64,000 nt of DNA, taken from an uncultured Planctomycetia bacterium. GTDB lineage: Bacteria > Planctomycetota > MHYJ01 > CAYXQY01. The notes under the pieces were generated by a model. It was not told the origin of the DNA. It saw nothing but the letters and a program-made list of their open reading frames with translations, and made no database searches. A program made the translations under genes and the position numbers. The stretch spans positions 14,364 to 78,363 of the forward strand of contig CAZOLI010000014.1 in assembly GCA_964580675.1 (NCBI GenBank), in the 5' to 3' direction. This document shows, piece after piece, positions 30,661-40,600 of this stretch; the stretch's first letter is position 1; every line of letters starts with the position of its first letter.

Positions 30661-31557
30661 CTATTCTGACTCACGTTCTTCGAGCATGTTCATCACGAAA
30701 TATTCGCCGGCCCGGTAGGACGATCGCACAAGGGGACCGGAAGCCACAAAAGCAAATCCCATCTCTTCCCCCTCCTCTTTCAGTTCTTCAAAAACCGACG
30801 GTTCGACGTACCGATTCACTTCCTTGTGCTTGCTGGAGGGCCGGAGGTACTGACCGAACGTCAGGATGTCACATCCAGCATCCCGGAGATCACGCATTGT
30901 CTCGCGAAGCTCTTCACGCGTTTCGTCGAATCCCACCATGATGGATGATTTGGTAATCTGATCCGGATCCTGTTTTTTCGCGTATTCAAGAACCTCAAGG
31001 GACTGTTGGTACCCCGCTCTTGGATCCCGAACGTCGGGTGTCAACCGTTCCACGGTCTCCACGTTGTGGGCAAGCACATCCGGATCGGCGTCCAGCATCC
31101 GGTCCAGCGCATCGCGATCTCCCTGGAAATCCGGAATTAATGTCTCCACCCGCACCTCCGGATCGAGCTCGTAAATGGTTTCGACGGTTCTGGCAAAATG
31201 ATCGGCACCGCCGTCCGGTAGATCATCCCGGTCGACGGAGGTAAGTACAACGTAATTGAGGTCAATTTCCGAGATGGCCCGGGCCACTTTCATCGGCTCG
31301 AAGGTATCCAGTTCCTTCCCCGGATGACCGCTGTCTACATCACAGAAACGGCAACCGCGCGTACACGTATCTCCCATCAGCATGAAGGTTGCCGTTCCAC
31401 CTCCCCAGCATTCGCCAAGGTTGGGACAGGACGCTTCCTCACACACGGTGTGAAGATTAAACTTTCGGAGGGTTTTCTTAATGTGAGAGAAGTTTTCTCC
31501 CCCCGGAGCCTTTACTTTCAGCCAGTCCGGTTTGGGGGCGTGAGGTGCCTGAGTCAT
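30661..31557 (-). CDS. lipA: lipoyl synthase
   Basis: Contains CEEASCPNLGECW and the radical-SAM motif CTRGCRFC. Confidence 0.9.
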   Translation of the reverse strand: MTQAPHAPKPDWLKVKAPGGENFSHIKKTLRKFNLHTVCEEASCPNLGECWGGGTATFMLMGDTCTRGCRFCDVDSGHPGKELDTFEPMKVARAISEIDLNYVVLTSVDRDDLPDGGADHFARTVETIYELDPEVRVETLIPDFQGDRDALDRMLDADPDVLAHNVETVERLTPDVRDPRAGYQQSLEVLEYAKKQDPDQITKSSIMVGFDETREELRETMRDLRDAGCDILTFGQYLRPSSKHKEVNRYVEPSVFEELKEEGEEMGFAFVASGPLVRSSYRAGEYFVMNMLEERESE

Positions 31558-31740
31558 TTCAATGACCGGAATGAATCAATGACGAAACGCATAATCAGCG
31601 AAATGAGAACATCATTTTCCGACAGATCCGTGGTATTTTCAAGGATAATTAATTCCGGTTTCCCCCAATAATTCCGGCTTCCAGATTTGCTCTTGGTGGA
31701 AAGGAGACGGTGGTAACACGAATCCCCGATTTCCGGAAGT

Positions 31741-34401
31741 CTACTCCTCCATATTTATCAGGACGTAACGGATCCGGCTCGATTTTCCGGTCCACTCGAT
31801 CCAGGCCATACCCGTTTTGTTGTTTATTAACGGCACAAGCCCGGGATTGCTCGCGGGTCGATGGAACGACGAAACCACCACGGGTAATTGCTCTTCAGGA
31901 TCTTTTCCGAAGCGTTTCAGCAGAATTTGCTGTCGGGTTGTGGCGAATCGAGGCTCCCCCCAGCCCACCAGAGGTCTTTTCCCGCTTCGTTCTCCTGACC
32001 ACACCACCGATGGGCTCCACTCAAATCCCGGCCCACCCGTTACGCTGGTATGCTCCAGGACCCTGCCGGTGTCGGTGTTCATCTTAAGCCGTAACAGGTC
32101 CGAACCGGTCAGGTAAAATTGGGAATAATCGTGGTAGATCAACTCGATCCGATCTTCTCCCTGAACCTGCATGCCGGCTGGATACCCACCTCGATTGCCT
32201 TCCGGAACGAATGAATGGGATTCCGGATCGGCCATGGAATCCCTCGATCCGACCAGAATTCGGGTGACGTTCCCCGGGACTGCGGGCGTTCCCCAGGCAA
32301 CCAACAGATTTCCGTTTTGATCGAAAGCAGCCGATGTCCGGGACATGGTCCGGTGTGGCTCAAACGACGGAAGAGGTCGGATCAAAAACCTCGCCGTACC
32401 CACCCGTTCCCTGTCCAGATGTAATCGCGCAAACACGAGATTTCCGCCGATGACGTTCCCGTCACGAAACTGAAATTCTTCCCAGACCAGAACCGGATCA
32501 CCGGTCGGATTCGGAACAATCGTGGGGCTGTGGGGAAACGTTTTTGGCACCGGCTGTATGGCCATCTGTTTGACCGGTTCTTCGTTCATCGGTTCGTACG
32601 CGGCGATCTGGATACCGCCGGATGGTGTTCCGGTTCCGTTCAGGTAATTCTGTATATCTCCGGAGTTCTTACCCGTCACCCAGCTTGTCAGGATCAGGTT
32701 GGACCCCGGATCCCGAACGGTATGGGGGAACACGGCGGAGTCGTCCGTAACGGAGATTCGTTTTCGGACGCGACCGGTTCTGTGCAACCAGCAGGCCCGG
32801 AGGCCATCCGGTACATTACCGTCGTTCTGATCCGTCGTACCACTTCCCCAGACCATAAATGTCCCTTGATTTGGTTCCGACACGCGATCCTCCGGGTCCG
32901 GTCCGTCTGTTCCTCCCTCCCTCCGAAAACCCGCCACATCCATCATGATTGGATGCTTGTTTTCGTTCACTACTTTTCGGTTTTGCAGGATGGGTGATGA
33001 GGATCCATGGAGACAACCGTTTGTACGACACTTCGGTTCGTCCTCACACGGACAGCGACCGGACACCATCCAGCAACGGGGCGCATCTTTGATCCCATGA
33101 CAGGCCAGTGTGGATGGTTCCCGGTTACCTTCCGGGGGTTCGCCAAGCCACTGTTTCGGCACGTGGATGACGCGACGAAAAAACCGGTAAAGATCCCGGT
33201 TCGAGAGACGGTACTCGTCCTCTTCCGGATTCCCGTTTATGAGGTTTTCCGACAGGGCGGAGTCGGGGAGCCAGAACGAAGGCGTAATCGACGGTACTTC
33301 TTTCAGTTGGTTTCGAATGACCTTTCGAAGTTCCTTCCGGTTCTCCGCATTGTCGGGGTTCCGACCGTTTCGTCTGAAACGAACTGGCACGGCAAGAATC
33401 CGTGAAACAGCCTCCGAAAGAAAACCGGCGTGTAGATCCTCTGATAGCTGGGGACCGTAATCCAAAAACAGATCGGTTCTCCGGTTCTGCCGGCGCACAA
33501 GGGCCGACGCTGCAGCCGGATGACCGGTTTCGAGAAACAGGTCGTAGTACGCGAGAAACAGTTCCCCGAGAAAACGCCGAAGGATTCGTTTCGTTTCAGG
33601 TTTCGACATCGGGATCCGTTGATCCTTACGCAATCCCGTGGACACAGTTCGAAGGTGATCCTCCGGAACCCGTAGAATATTTTGATGTTCGTTGTAATCC
33701 GTCACCTCATCTGACGATCGTTCCCGGATGCGAAACAGGGGATGCCGGAGCACGGATCGTGCCCAGCCCAAACCATCCAATTCCTTCATCCACTCCGGTG
33801 GTTGAAAGGACGGACGCTTGTCCGGATGACCCGGGCCGTACGGATTGGAAACCGGACGGAAGGGTTGCCCCAAAACGCCGTTACCGGCAACGGGAGTCCT
33901 CCTTCCCCTTACCCGGAGAAGCAACCAGGGCGGCACCGTTGCCGGATGATGAGAGGAAGGAGAATGAAATTGCTCCGGGGTTTCAAGAAGGGCACTCATC
34001 CGCTTGATAAATTGACGATCATCGGATATCTCACTGGACAGCCCGTTTTCCCGGCGCCTCGTTTGCCGAATCAGAGCCTCAATGTTTTTTGAACTATTCA
34101 CGCCTTTGACCGTTCCGTCCCTGACGCGGATAAGGTATTGTACCCATTGGTTCTCCCGGTGGTAATCCGTTACCAGATCCGAAAGATGCTCATGAGCAGG
34201 TTCGTACTGTGATCGAACCGACCGCGAATTCGTCGGGGTCTCTTCATTCTCTCCGTTCGTTTCCTGGGCGGGGAGAAGAGGTGAGATGGACACAAAAAAC
34301 AGTCCCAGCACGAAAAAAAACGGAATTCGTGTGAATCCATGGCGTGCTGTTCCAGGAAGTTTCGCCCGGAAGATGTGCTGACACATCATGTTTACCGGCA
34401 C
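31741..34401 (-). CDS. large secreted hypothetical protein with a C-terminal beta-propeller-like repeat region and an internal Cys-rich segment
   Basis: N-terminal hydrophobic signal-like region. Cys cluster CHGIKDAPRCWMVSGRCPCEDEPKCRTNGCLHG. Repeated VWGSG / LVAWG / VVWSG / LVGWGEP blades. The first in-frame start is GTG. Confidence 0.5.
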   Translation of the reverse strand: MPVNMMCQHIFRAKLPGTARHGFTRIPFFFVLGLFFVSISPLLPAQETNGENEETPTNSRSVRSQYEPAHEHLSDLVTDYHRENQWVQYLIRVRDGTVKGVNSSKNIEALIRQTRRRENGLSSEISDDRQFIKRMSALLETPEQFHSPSSHHPATVPPWLLLRVRGRRTPVAGNGVLGQPFRPVSNPYGPGHPDKRPSFQPPEWMKELDGLGWARSVLRHPLFRIRERSSDEVTDYNEHQNILRVPEDHLRTVSTGLRKDQRIPMSKPETKRILRRFLGELFLAYYDLFLETGHPAAASALVRRQNRRTDLFLDYGPQLSEDLHAGFLSEAVSRILAVPVRFRRNGRNPDNAENRKELRKVIRNQLKEVPSITPSFWLPDSALSENLINGNPEEDEYRLSNRDLYRFFRRVIHVPKQWLGEPPEGNREPSTLACHGIKDAPRCWMVSGRCPCEDEPKCRTNGCLHGSSSPILQNRKVVNENKHPIMMDVAGFRREGGTDGPDPEDRVSEPNQGTFMVWGSGTTDQNDGNVPDGLRACWLHRTGRVRKRISVTDDSAVFPHTVRDPGSNLILTSWVTGKNSGDIQNYLNGTGTPSGGIQIAAYEPMNEEPVKQMAIQPVPKTFPHSPTIVPNPTGDPVLVWEEFQFRDGNVIGGNLVFARLHLDRERVGTARFLIRPLPSFEPHRTMSRTSAAFDQNGNLLVAWGTPAVPGNVTRILVGSRDSMADPESHSFVPEGNRGGYPAGMQVQGEDRIELIYHDYSQFYLTGSDLLRLKMNTDTGRVLEHTSVTGGPGFEWSPSVVWSGERSGKRPLVGWGEPRFATTRQQILLKRFGKDPEEQLPVVVSSFHRPASNPGLVPLINNKTGMAWIEWTGKSSRIRYVLINMEE

Positions 34402-34410
34402 CTCAATACG

Positions 34411-35517
34411 CTACAAAAGATCCTCAACTTTCGGGCTTCCGCTTACGTTTACACAGACATCTCCATTTACCCAGGTGGCAAACAGACGATCCGATATTTG
34501 TTTGTACTCTTCCTGAAAATTGCCCGCGTGCTTTTCGCCTAGGGACGCAATGGAGATTTCAATGTTAAGCTTATAGAGTTCACTGCTGAAAACGGTCCCG
34601 TGTCCGGGGGCAAGCAACAGTTTGTACCTCAAAGATTGGTTGTTCGACAGATGGGTAACCACCTTGTTCAGTTCTCGTTTTTCGAGGTTGGCGAGGAACA
34701 GTACCTCATCCCCCTCCGAAAATGCGAGACCGATTCGATTGATCGCCGTTGTCAGCTGTCTTGAGGCTTTCTGGGTTTCCGGTGGAAGCTCACTGTTTTT
34801 TGCCGAAAATGAGGTCCGGTCAAGAGTGGAAAGGGTCCCCTGTCTATACCGTTCGAACAGATTAAGATCCGCCACGTAATCATACAGGTCGGCAAGCTGC
34901 GGATCCGTTTCCCGGGCCTCCCGGAAGTATTCCAGGGCATTGGTTAAACTGTCGGCCGTGCCCGAATCTCTCAGATCCTCGGGGGGCCAGTGGGTTTGAA
35001 ACACCGAGTCGCCCACGGTAAGGACATCCCCGCGATAAAGAGGATAAAATTCAATACGCCCTTCAAAAACGCCACGGGCGGCCATTGAAACATCGGTTAC
35101 TTCCTCGTTCTCCCGGCGGGCCGCTTCCCTTCGAAGGGAAACGGCCAGACAGGCATGAAAAAACTCACGGTCATCATCGAAAACAGGAGGACCGGGATAG
35201 TACAGTTCCGACATGTATAACCCCCGGTTATTCGATTCCTCACGCCGGTTCAAAAAATAGGTTCCCTTCTCCGTCCGGTTCATCATATGAAGGAATCCGT
35301 TGTACCTGTACGGGTTGTGACCGGTGAGGACGAACGAAACGGAATTGTTGCGATCTATTAGCGTATGTTCGGAAAGTGCCGATAGCAGCTTATCGGCTGA
35401 TTTACGTCCCCCGTTCTGATCGCCACAGTCCACGACGAGCCCCGTTCGATGATCAACGCCAACGGTACAGTTCCCGTCGCCGACGTCTCCCACAAAATAT
35501 TTCTTTATCTTTCCCAT
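34411..35517 (-). CDS. hypothetical protein, possibly a degenerate metallo-beta-lactamase-fold protein
   Basis: FVGDVGDGNCTVGV resembles the ComEC-type MBL motif (DVGQGDA). Where HxHxDH is expected the sequence reads TGHNPYRY, so metal ligands are absent. The stop lies 10 nt from the start of the downstream 886-aa gene. Confidence 0.4.
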   Translation of the reverse strand: MGKIKKYFVGDVGDGNCTVGVDHRTGLVVDCGDQNGGRKSADKLLSALSEHTLIDRNNSVSFVLTGHNPYRYNGFLHMMNRTEKGTYFLNRREESNNRGLYMSELYYPGPPVFDDDREFFHACLAVSLRREAARRENEEVTDVSMAARGVFEGRIEFYPLYRGDVLTVGDSVFQTHWPPEDLRDSGTADSLTNALEYFREARETDPQLADLYDYVADLNLFERYRQGTLSTLDRTSFSAKNSELPPETQKASRQLTTAINRIGLAFSEGDEVLFLANLEKRELNKVVTHLSNNQSLRYKLLLAPGHGTVFSSELYKLNIEISIASLGEKHAGNFQEEYKQISDRLFATWVNGDVCVNVSGSPKVEDLL

Positions 35518-35810
35518 TCGTTTGTCCGCCTCACTGATTTAAGAAATTTCACCGTCACCGAATTATAGGACACCTGGTCGTTCGCTAAAATCCGCATTTC
35601 GTTCGGAGAGGTCGGTTACACGGAGATAAAGTCCGGCAGCAGTTCAAACAGGTGCAATTCCAGGGGAGGTTGAACAGCAACGACTTCCAAACCTTCCCTG
35701 CTCATGTGCCGCCCAATTTCCGTTTTCCGTTCCGATCGGATCCGTTACAATATTGATCAGACTCGTTCTTCATCACCATTATCCAACATCCAAATTACAG
35801 GAGGACGTTC

Positions 35811-36521
35811 ATGGAAACGCTTACGGGGAAAACCGCCATCATTACGGGCGGCTCAAGAGGAATTGGCTTTGGCATAGCGAAACAATTTGTCAAAGAGGGC
35901 ATTGATGTCATGATTTGTGCCCGTGGTGAGGACCGTCTGAACAGAGCCCGTCAGGAGCTGGAGGAACACCCCGGAACGGCCAGCAGTGTTCCGGCCGATA
36001 TTACAAATCCGCAGGATTGTGAACATCTTGTCGAAGAAACCGTTGAAGAATTCGGGGGTCTGGACATCCTCGTGAACAATGCCGGAGTAGGTGAATTCGA
36101 AACCGTGGAGGAGATGACGGATGAACAGTGGAAGCGTGTAATTGATACAAATCTTACCGGAACGTTTTACGTGACACGATCCGCACTTCCCGAGCTAAAA
36201 AAGGGAGAGGAACCCGCTTTTGTTCAGTTTCTATCATCGCTTGCGGGCAAAAACGCTTTTGAAAAGGGAAGTGCATACTGTGCCTCCAAATTCGGTCTTA
36301 ATGGATTTGCCAAATCCCTTATGCTGGAAGTGCGACACGATGACGTGAAAGTCGCATCCATTGCACCCGGTTCGGTACACACGGGATTCTCCCATGAAGA
36401 CAAATCCGATTGGGCACTGGAACCCGGAGACATCGCCGAAACCGCCGTCCATCTTCTCAAGCACCGGACCGATTCGCTTCCCAGTTACGTGGAAATGCGT
36501 CCGTTCCAGCCACCCAAATAA
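35811..36521 (+). CDS. SDR-family oxidoreductase
   Basis: TGGSRGIGFGIA glycine-rich motif and YCASK catalytic Y/K. Confidence 0.85.
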   Translation: METLTGKTAIITGGSRGIGFGIAKQFVKEGIDVMICARGEDRLNRARQELEEHPGTASSVPADITNPQDCEHLVEETVEEFGGLDILVNNAGVGEFETVEEMTDEQWKRVIDTNLTGTFYVTRSALPELKKGEEPAFVQFLSSLAGKNAFEKGSAYCASKFGLNGFAKSLMLEVRHDDVKVASIAPGSVHTGFSHEDKSDWALEPGDIAETAVHLLKHRTDSLPSYVEMRPFQPPK

Positions 36522-36811
36522 TTCATCCTTCCGGGGTGAATTCAAAAACGTTTTCGAGAGAGGAAGAGGGGAAAACAAAAAACAGTCCCTCTCGATTTCT
36601 GGCGAAAAACCGGTCGGGGACAATCGATGGTTGTGCGCACCCGTCGATCCGTCATCACGGTCTGACCCCTTTACAGAGAAAGGGAATCCTTTGCAGTTAT
36701 TTGGGTTGTTTCCCTCCTTCCCGGAACGAACGTGACCCCGTTATCCCAACATGATCATCACCTGAAATTCTGGACTCCCTATCCCGTTTTCCGTATCCTT
36801 CATTGCTTACG

Positions 36812-37537
36812 TCAAGATTCCGAGTCTCTTTCCAGGTTGTCCAGAAGGTGTCTCGGAATCTGTATGTCAACGACGTTCAGGGAGCCAACGTAGGCCCGAG
36901 CCCTCTCCTCCAGAAGTCCCTTTTTGGCCGCCCCCAGCGTTACGGTCAGGTAGGCTTCGACGGCAACGCCTAGGGGTCGTCCGGCATCAACGTCCAGCCC
37001 CGACGGCACATCGACTGACACTACGGGGAAAATGGTGTCATTAATGGTTTCGATCAGGTGATCGTATGGGGCACGCACATCTTCGGACAAACCGGTACCG
37101 AAGAGGGCATCGATGACCAAGGTCGAGGAATCGGGTTCCGGAAGCCAATCCTCCGCATTTCCGGGATCAACTTCCCGAACGGGAACGTCAAACAACTCCA
37201 GGTATTCAAGATTCCTGCCGGCATCCCCACGACCTTTATCCTCATCAACATCCCCCGTGTAAAAGACCGTTACGTCTTCGTCAAACTGATCCAGGTTCTG
37301 CAGATGCCGGGCGGCCACAAACCCGTCTCCGCCGTTGTTGCCGGTTCCCGCCACAACACAGACCCGATCCAGGCCTCGTGAATTAAACAGTTCAAGGGCG
37401 GACGACGCAACCGCGCTTCCGGCGTTTTCCATCAGCAACAAACCCGGGAATCCCATCTCCTCGATGGCTGTTTCGTCTATGGACTGCATTTCTTCTCGTG
37501 AAACAGGATCCGGTGCATTATAGATCTTTCGATGCAT
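36812..37537 (-). CDS. NAD(P)H-hydrate epimerase (YjeF N-terminal domain)
   Basis: Contains LMENAGSAVA, VVAGTGNNGGDGFVAARHL and FDVPVREV blocks. Confidence 0.8.
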   Translation of the reverse strand: MHRKIYNAPDPVSREEMQSIDETAIEEMGFPGLLLMENAGSAVASSALELFNSRGLDRVCVVAGTGNNGGDGFVAARHLQNLDQFDEDVTVFYTGDVDEDKGRGDAGRNLEYLELFDVPVREVDPGNAEDWLPEPDSSTLVIDALFGTGLSEDVRAPYDHLIETINDTIFPVVSVDVPSGLDVDAGRPLGVAVEAYLTVTLGAAKKGLLEERARAYVGSLNVVDIQIPRHLLDNLERDSES

Positions 37538-37624
37538 TCCGTGCCTCCAGCAATGAAAATAATGAAAATAAACGTCCGGGAAGTGGATAAAAACTTGTTT
37601 CAGAACCGGTGAACGTGTTCCTAT

Positions 37625-40600
37625 TTATTTTTCGCCACCGGAATTTTTCTCGTTTTGGTCGGACGACACAAGCTCGAACCAACGATTCCCCCATTGCATC
37701 GTTATTCCCCGGCCGGCACCGACGAACGCCGGTTTCCGGGTCCTGTCAAGGGGAAACGTCGCATAGGGAAGGTCCTGCTCCTTCTCAAAATTCATTTTTT
37801 CACCGGGTGTTTTACTCGTCCAGATGAGGTTCCCCTCCTCCGCATCGTACAGGTAGAGCCGCCACCGTTTCGGGTGTTCACGAAAATTGTGCCAGAAGAG
37901 GAAACTGCCCCCCGGACCTTCATGACCGTCAAAATGGGGTGGTGTTCTGCGCATATTTGTAATTCCTCCCCAGGCAATCTCGTACGCTCCCTCCGACCCG
38001 TCGCCGGTTTTCCCCAGGCGATACACCATCTTCTCTCCCGGCCGGCGGACAAATACGGTAACCGACGCCGGATCGGTCGTGGGAAACACGTGAAGTGAAG
38101 ATTGAGAAGTGTCAAGTGTCTCCGAAACATCCACTTTCGATATCCTCGGGCTCTCAAGAAACGGACAGGTAATCATGTAACCCCTGCCGGAATGGTTTGC
38201 CGACACCGACCCGGGTGCCAGCCGTTCCGGAGGATTGTCCTCCTGTTGTTGAAAGGACTGAGCGGAAACGGCTGTTCCGGACGTGGAAAGGTGAGGTTGA
38301 TACGAGAAGTTATTGCGAATCGTGGACCAGGTTCGTTTTCCCCGAATGGTGTCCAGTTTTGAGAGCAGCAACCGGTTATCCGTTAAAGGTATCGACAGAA
38401 TAACGGATCCGTGTCGGTCCGTGAGTAAAGCGTTGGGGGTTTTCAACTTCAGGACCCGTTCCACCGCACCGGTTGCCATGTTCATCACGCCGAACAGGTG
38501 GCTTCCGGCTTTTTTCAATGCTTCCCCCCCTCCGGAAAGAGTGGGAAGATCCATAATGTTCTTCTCCTGCTTTCCCTTCTGTTCGAACGAAAACAGTCTC
38601 TCAACCGCATTTGTGGAATTTCGAGCTTCCTTCAGCTGGTGGCTGGAGTTTGCCTGGCCATTTTCCATGAGAAAAAAGATTTTGTTTTGGTTGGACCAGG
38701 TGGCATCCAGCCACTTTATTCGAGCTTTTTGGGGAAGTTCCCGGGACCAGATCAACTTTTTGCCGGGGCGTGTGTAAGCCTCCACCAGAAGCGGAATATT
38801 GACTCTTGCGGCTGCGTCTATGATGTCCTTCCGTTCTGAAACTCGAAAATCACCTTTGTCCACACCGGAGACAAACATCCGCTCTCCGGTGAGGCTGATG
38901 GAATCAACCAGTTTGTCCTGAAACACATATTTCCGGTGTATCGAAGGTTTTTTCCTGACGGACGGGGACACCAGGAGAACCGATGCCGACCAAGATTCCG
39001 TGTTATTTAGAATGACCTTGAACAGGCCATTGTCCGCCCAGTTCGTTTTTATCATCAGGTGATCCAGATTGGTTTCTGAATCCAGAACTTCCGGCATAAC
39101 ATCCAGCACTCCGGATGTCGAACCGTCCCGGACATCAGAGAACCGAAACCGCAGTTCCGATCGGTTCTGAATTTGTTTAAATTGAAATTCCGGCTGATCA
39201 TATCGATCCGGCTCATTCACAAACACCGGACGATTTTTCTTCTCTTCTTCTTTTTTGTCGGACGACCAGAATGAGGGAGGGTTGTCGTTCCAGGTGAGGG
39301 AAACGGGTTCTGTCAGGGGTTCGGATCCCATGGAATTTCTGGTCCGGATCCAGGATGACAGGCTCTTTGCAAGTTCTTTTCCCGTTTTCGTACCGGACCC
39401 CGCTGGAAATGATCGATCCGAAAACCGATTCTTTAAAATTCGAACAAGATCCGCGGCCACGTCAAAGCGATTCCGACGGCGTACCGTGGACAGAACCTGA
39501 TCAAGTGTATCAGACTGTCGCTTTACGTAGGTTTCCGGACCGAGAGAGAGAAGGGTTTCGAACGGTGTGTAACGCTGTTCTCCGGGCGCTTCGGAGGCGT
39601 AGGATTTACCCGTAGCATGTTCAATCGTGTCATACGGGTTATCGGTAAGACCGGGAAGCCGGTGTGACAGAACCGTCGGGGTGAGCGATCGCATTCTTGA
39701 CGCAAACCGGAGGCCGAATTCGACGGGATATTTTTTCCGCAGTGATTCCCAGCGCATCTTCAGATATTCGTCCACACGGATTTTTACGCTGGAATCCCGT
39801 TCGCCTTCCGGACGCCAGGGGGATATAACGCGGTCTCCGAATTCACGATACAATTTCCACTGTATGCGGGCCAGGTCTCCGGGCTGACCGGCACGGTAGT
39901 AGGCATTCTCCGTTCGGATTGCAATTTCTACGGCTCGTTCCCGATCCTCGATCAAGGGGAGAGCGCGGCTTCCAACATCACCAATTTTTTTCCAGTTCAC
40001 CGTCTTTTTTTCCTTCGTGGAGGCAAGATCGACCATTCGGCCCAATGACAGCCGGTAGAAGAGATCCTCGAGGTTTTTGTATTTTTTCTTGGCCATGGAC
40101 AGATCCCGATTTTTGAGGACCTGCCGGATTTTCTGCAGGGCTTTGTCGTGACGGCCCGACTGCACCAGCAACTGAAAATGGTTTAACAGAGCCTCCCCAA
40201 CGTCTTCCCGCTGATTCATATCGGCAATGAGCTTCTCGTAACGGGAAAATCCCGTCATCGTTAATATGCGTCCGGGGCCGGCCAGAACGAGACGATCTTC
40301 CGTATACGTCATGTTAAAAGGCGTGAGGGAGGATTTGTTCGGCCAGGAACCGGTCCATTCCAGGTAGAGGTCCTTTGCCAGGAAATCGTTCAGCATATTT
40401 TGTGTTCCGACCAAGTACTTCTTGTCTCCGGATCGAATAGAGCAAAGCTGCTCGGCCGAATTCGTGAAATCGTATTTCCGCGCTTCCTTAAAAATACTAT
40501 CCTCAGGGGGGTCCTTCAAATTCACTTCCCGGAGGCCAAATTTGGTTTCCCCCCTGGGCTTGGTGAAATAGTCAAAGAGAATTGCTTTCAAAACACCCTC

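Noticed and set aside
36540-36600. A possible intrinsic terminator hairpin (CGAGAGAGG...CCCTCTCG) between convergent SDR and nnrE genes
   Set aside because: The stem is imperfect and not followed by a clear U-tract. Confidence is too low to call.
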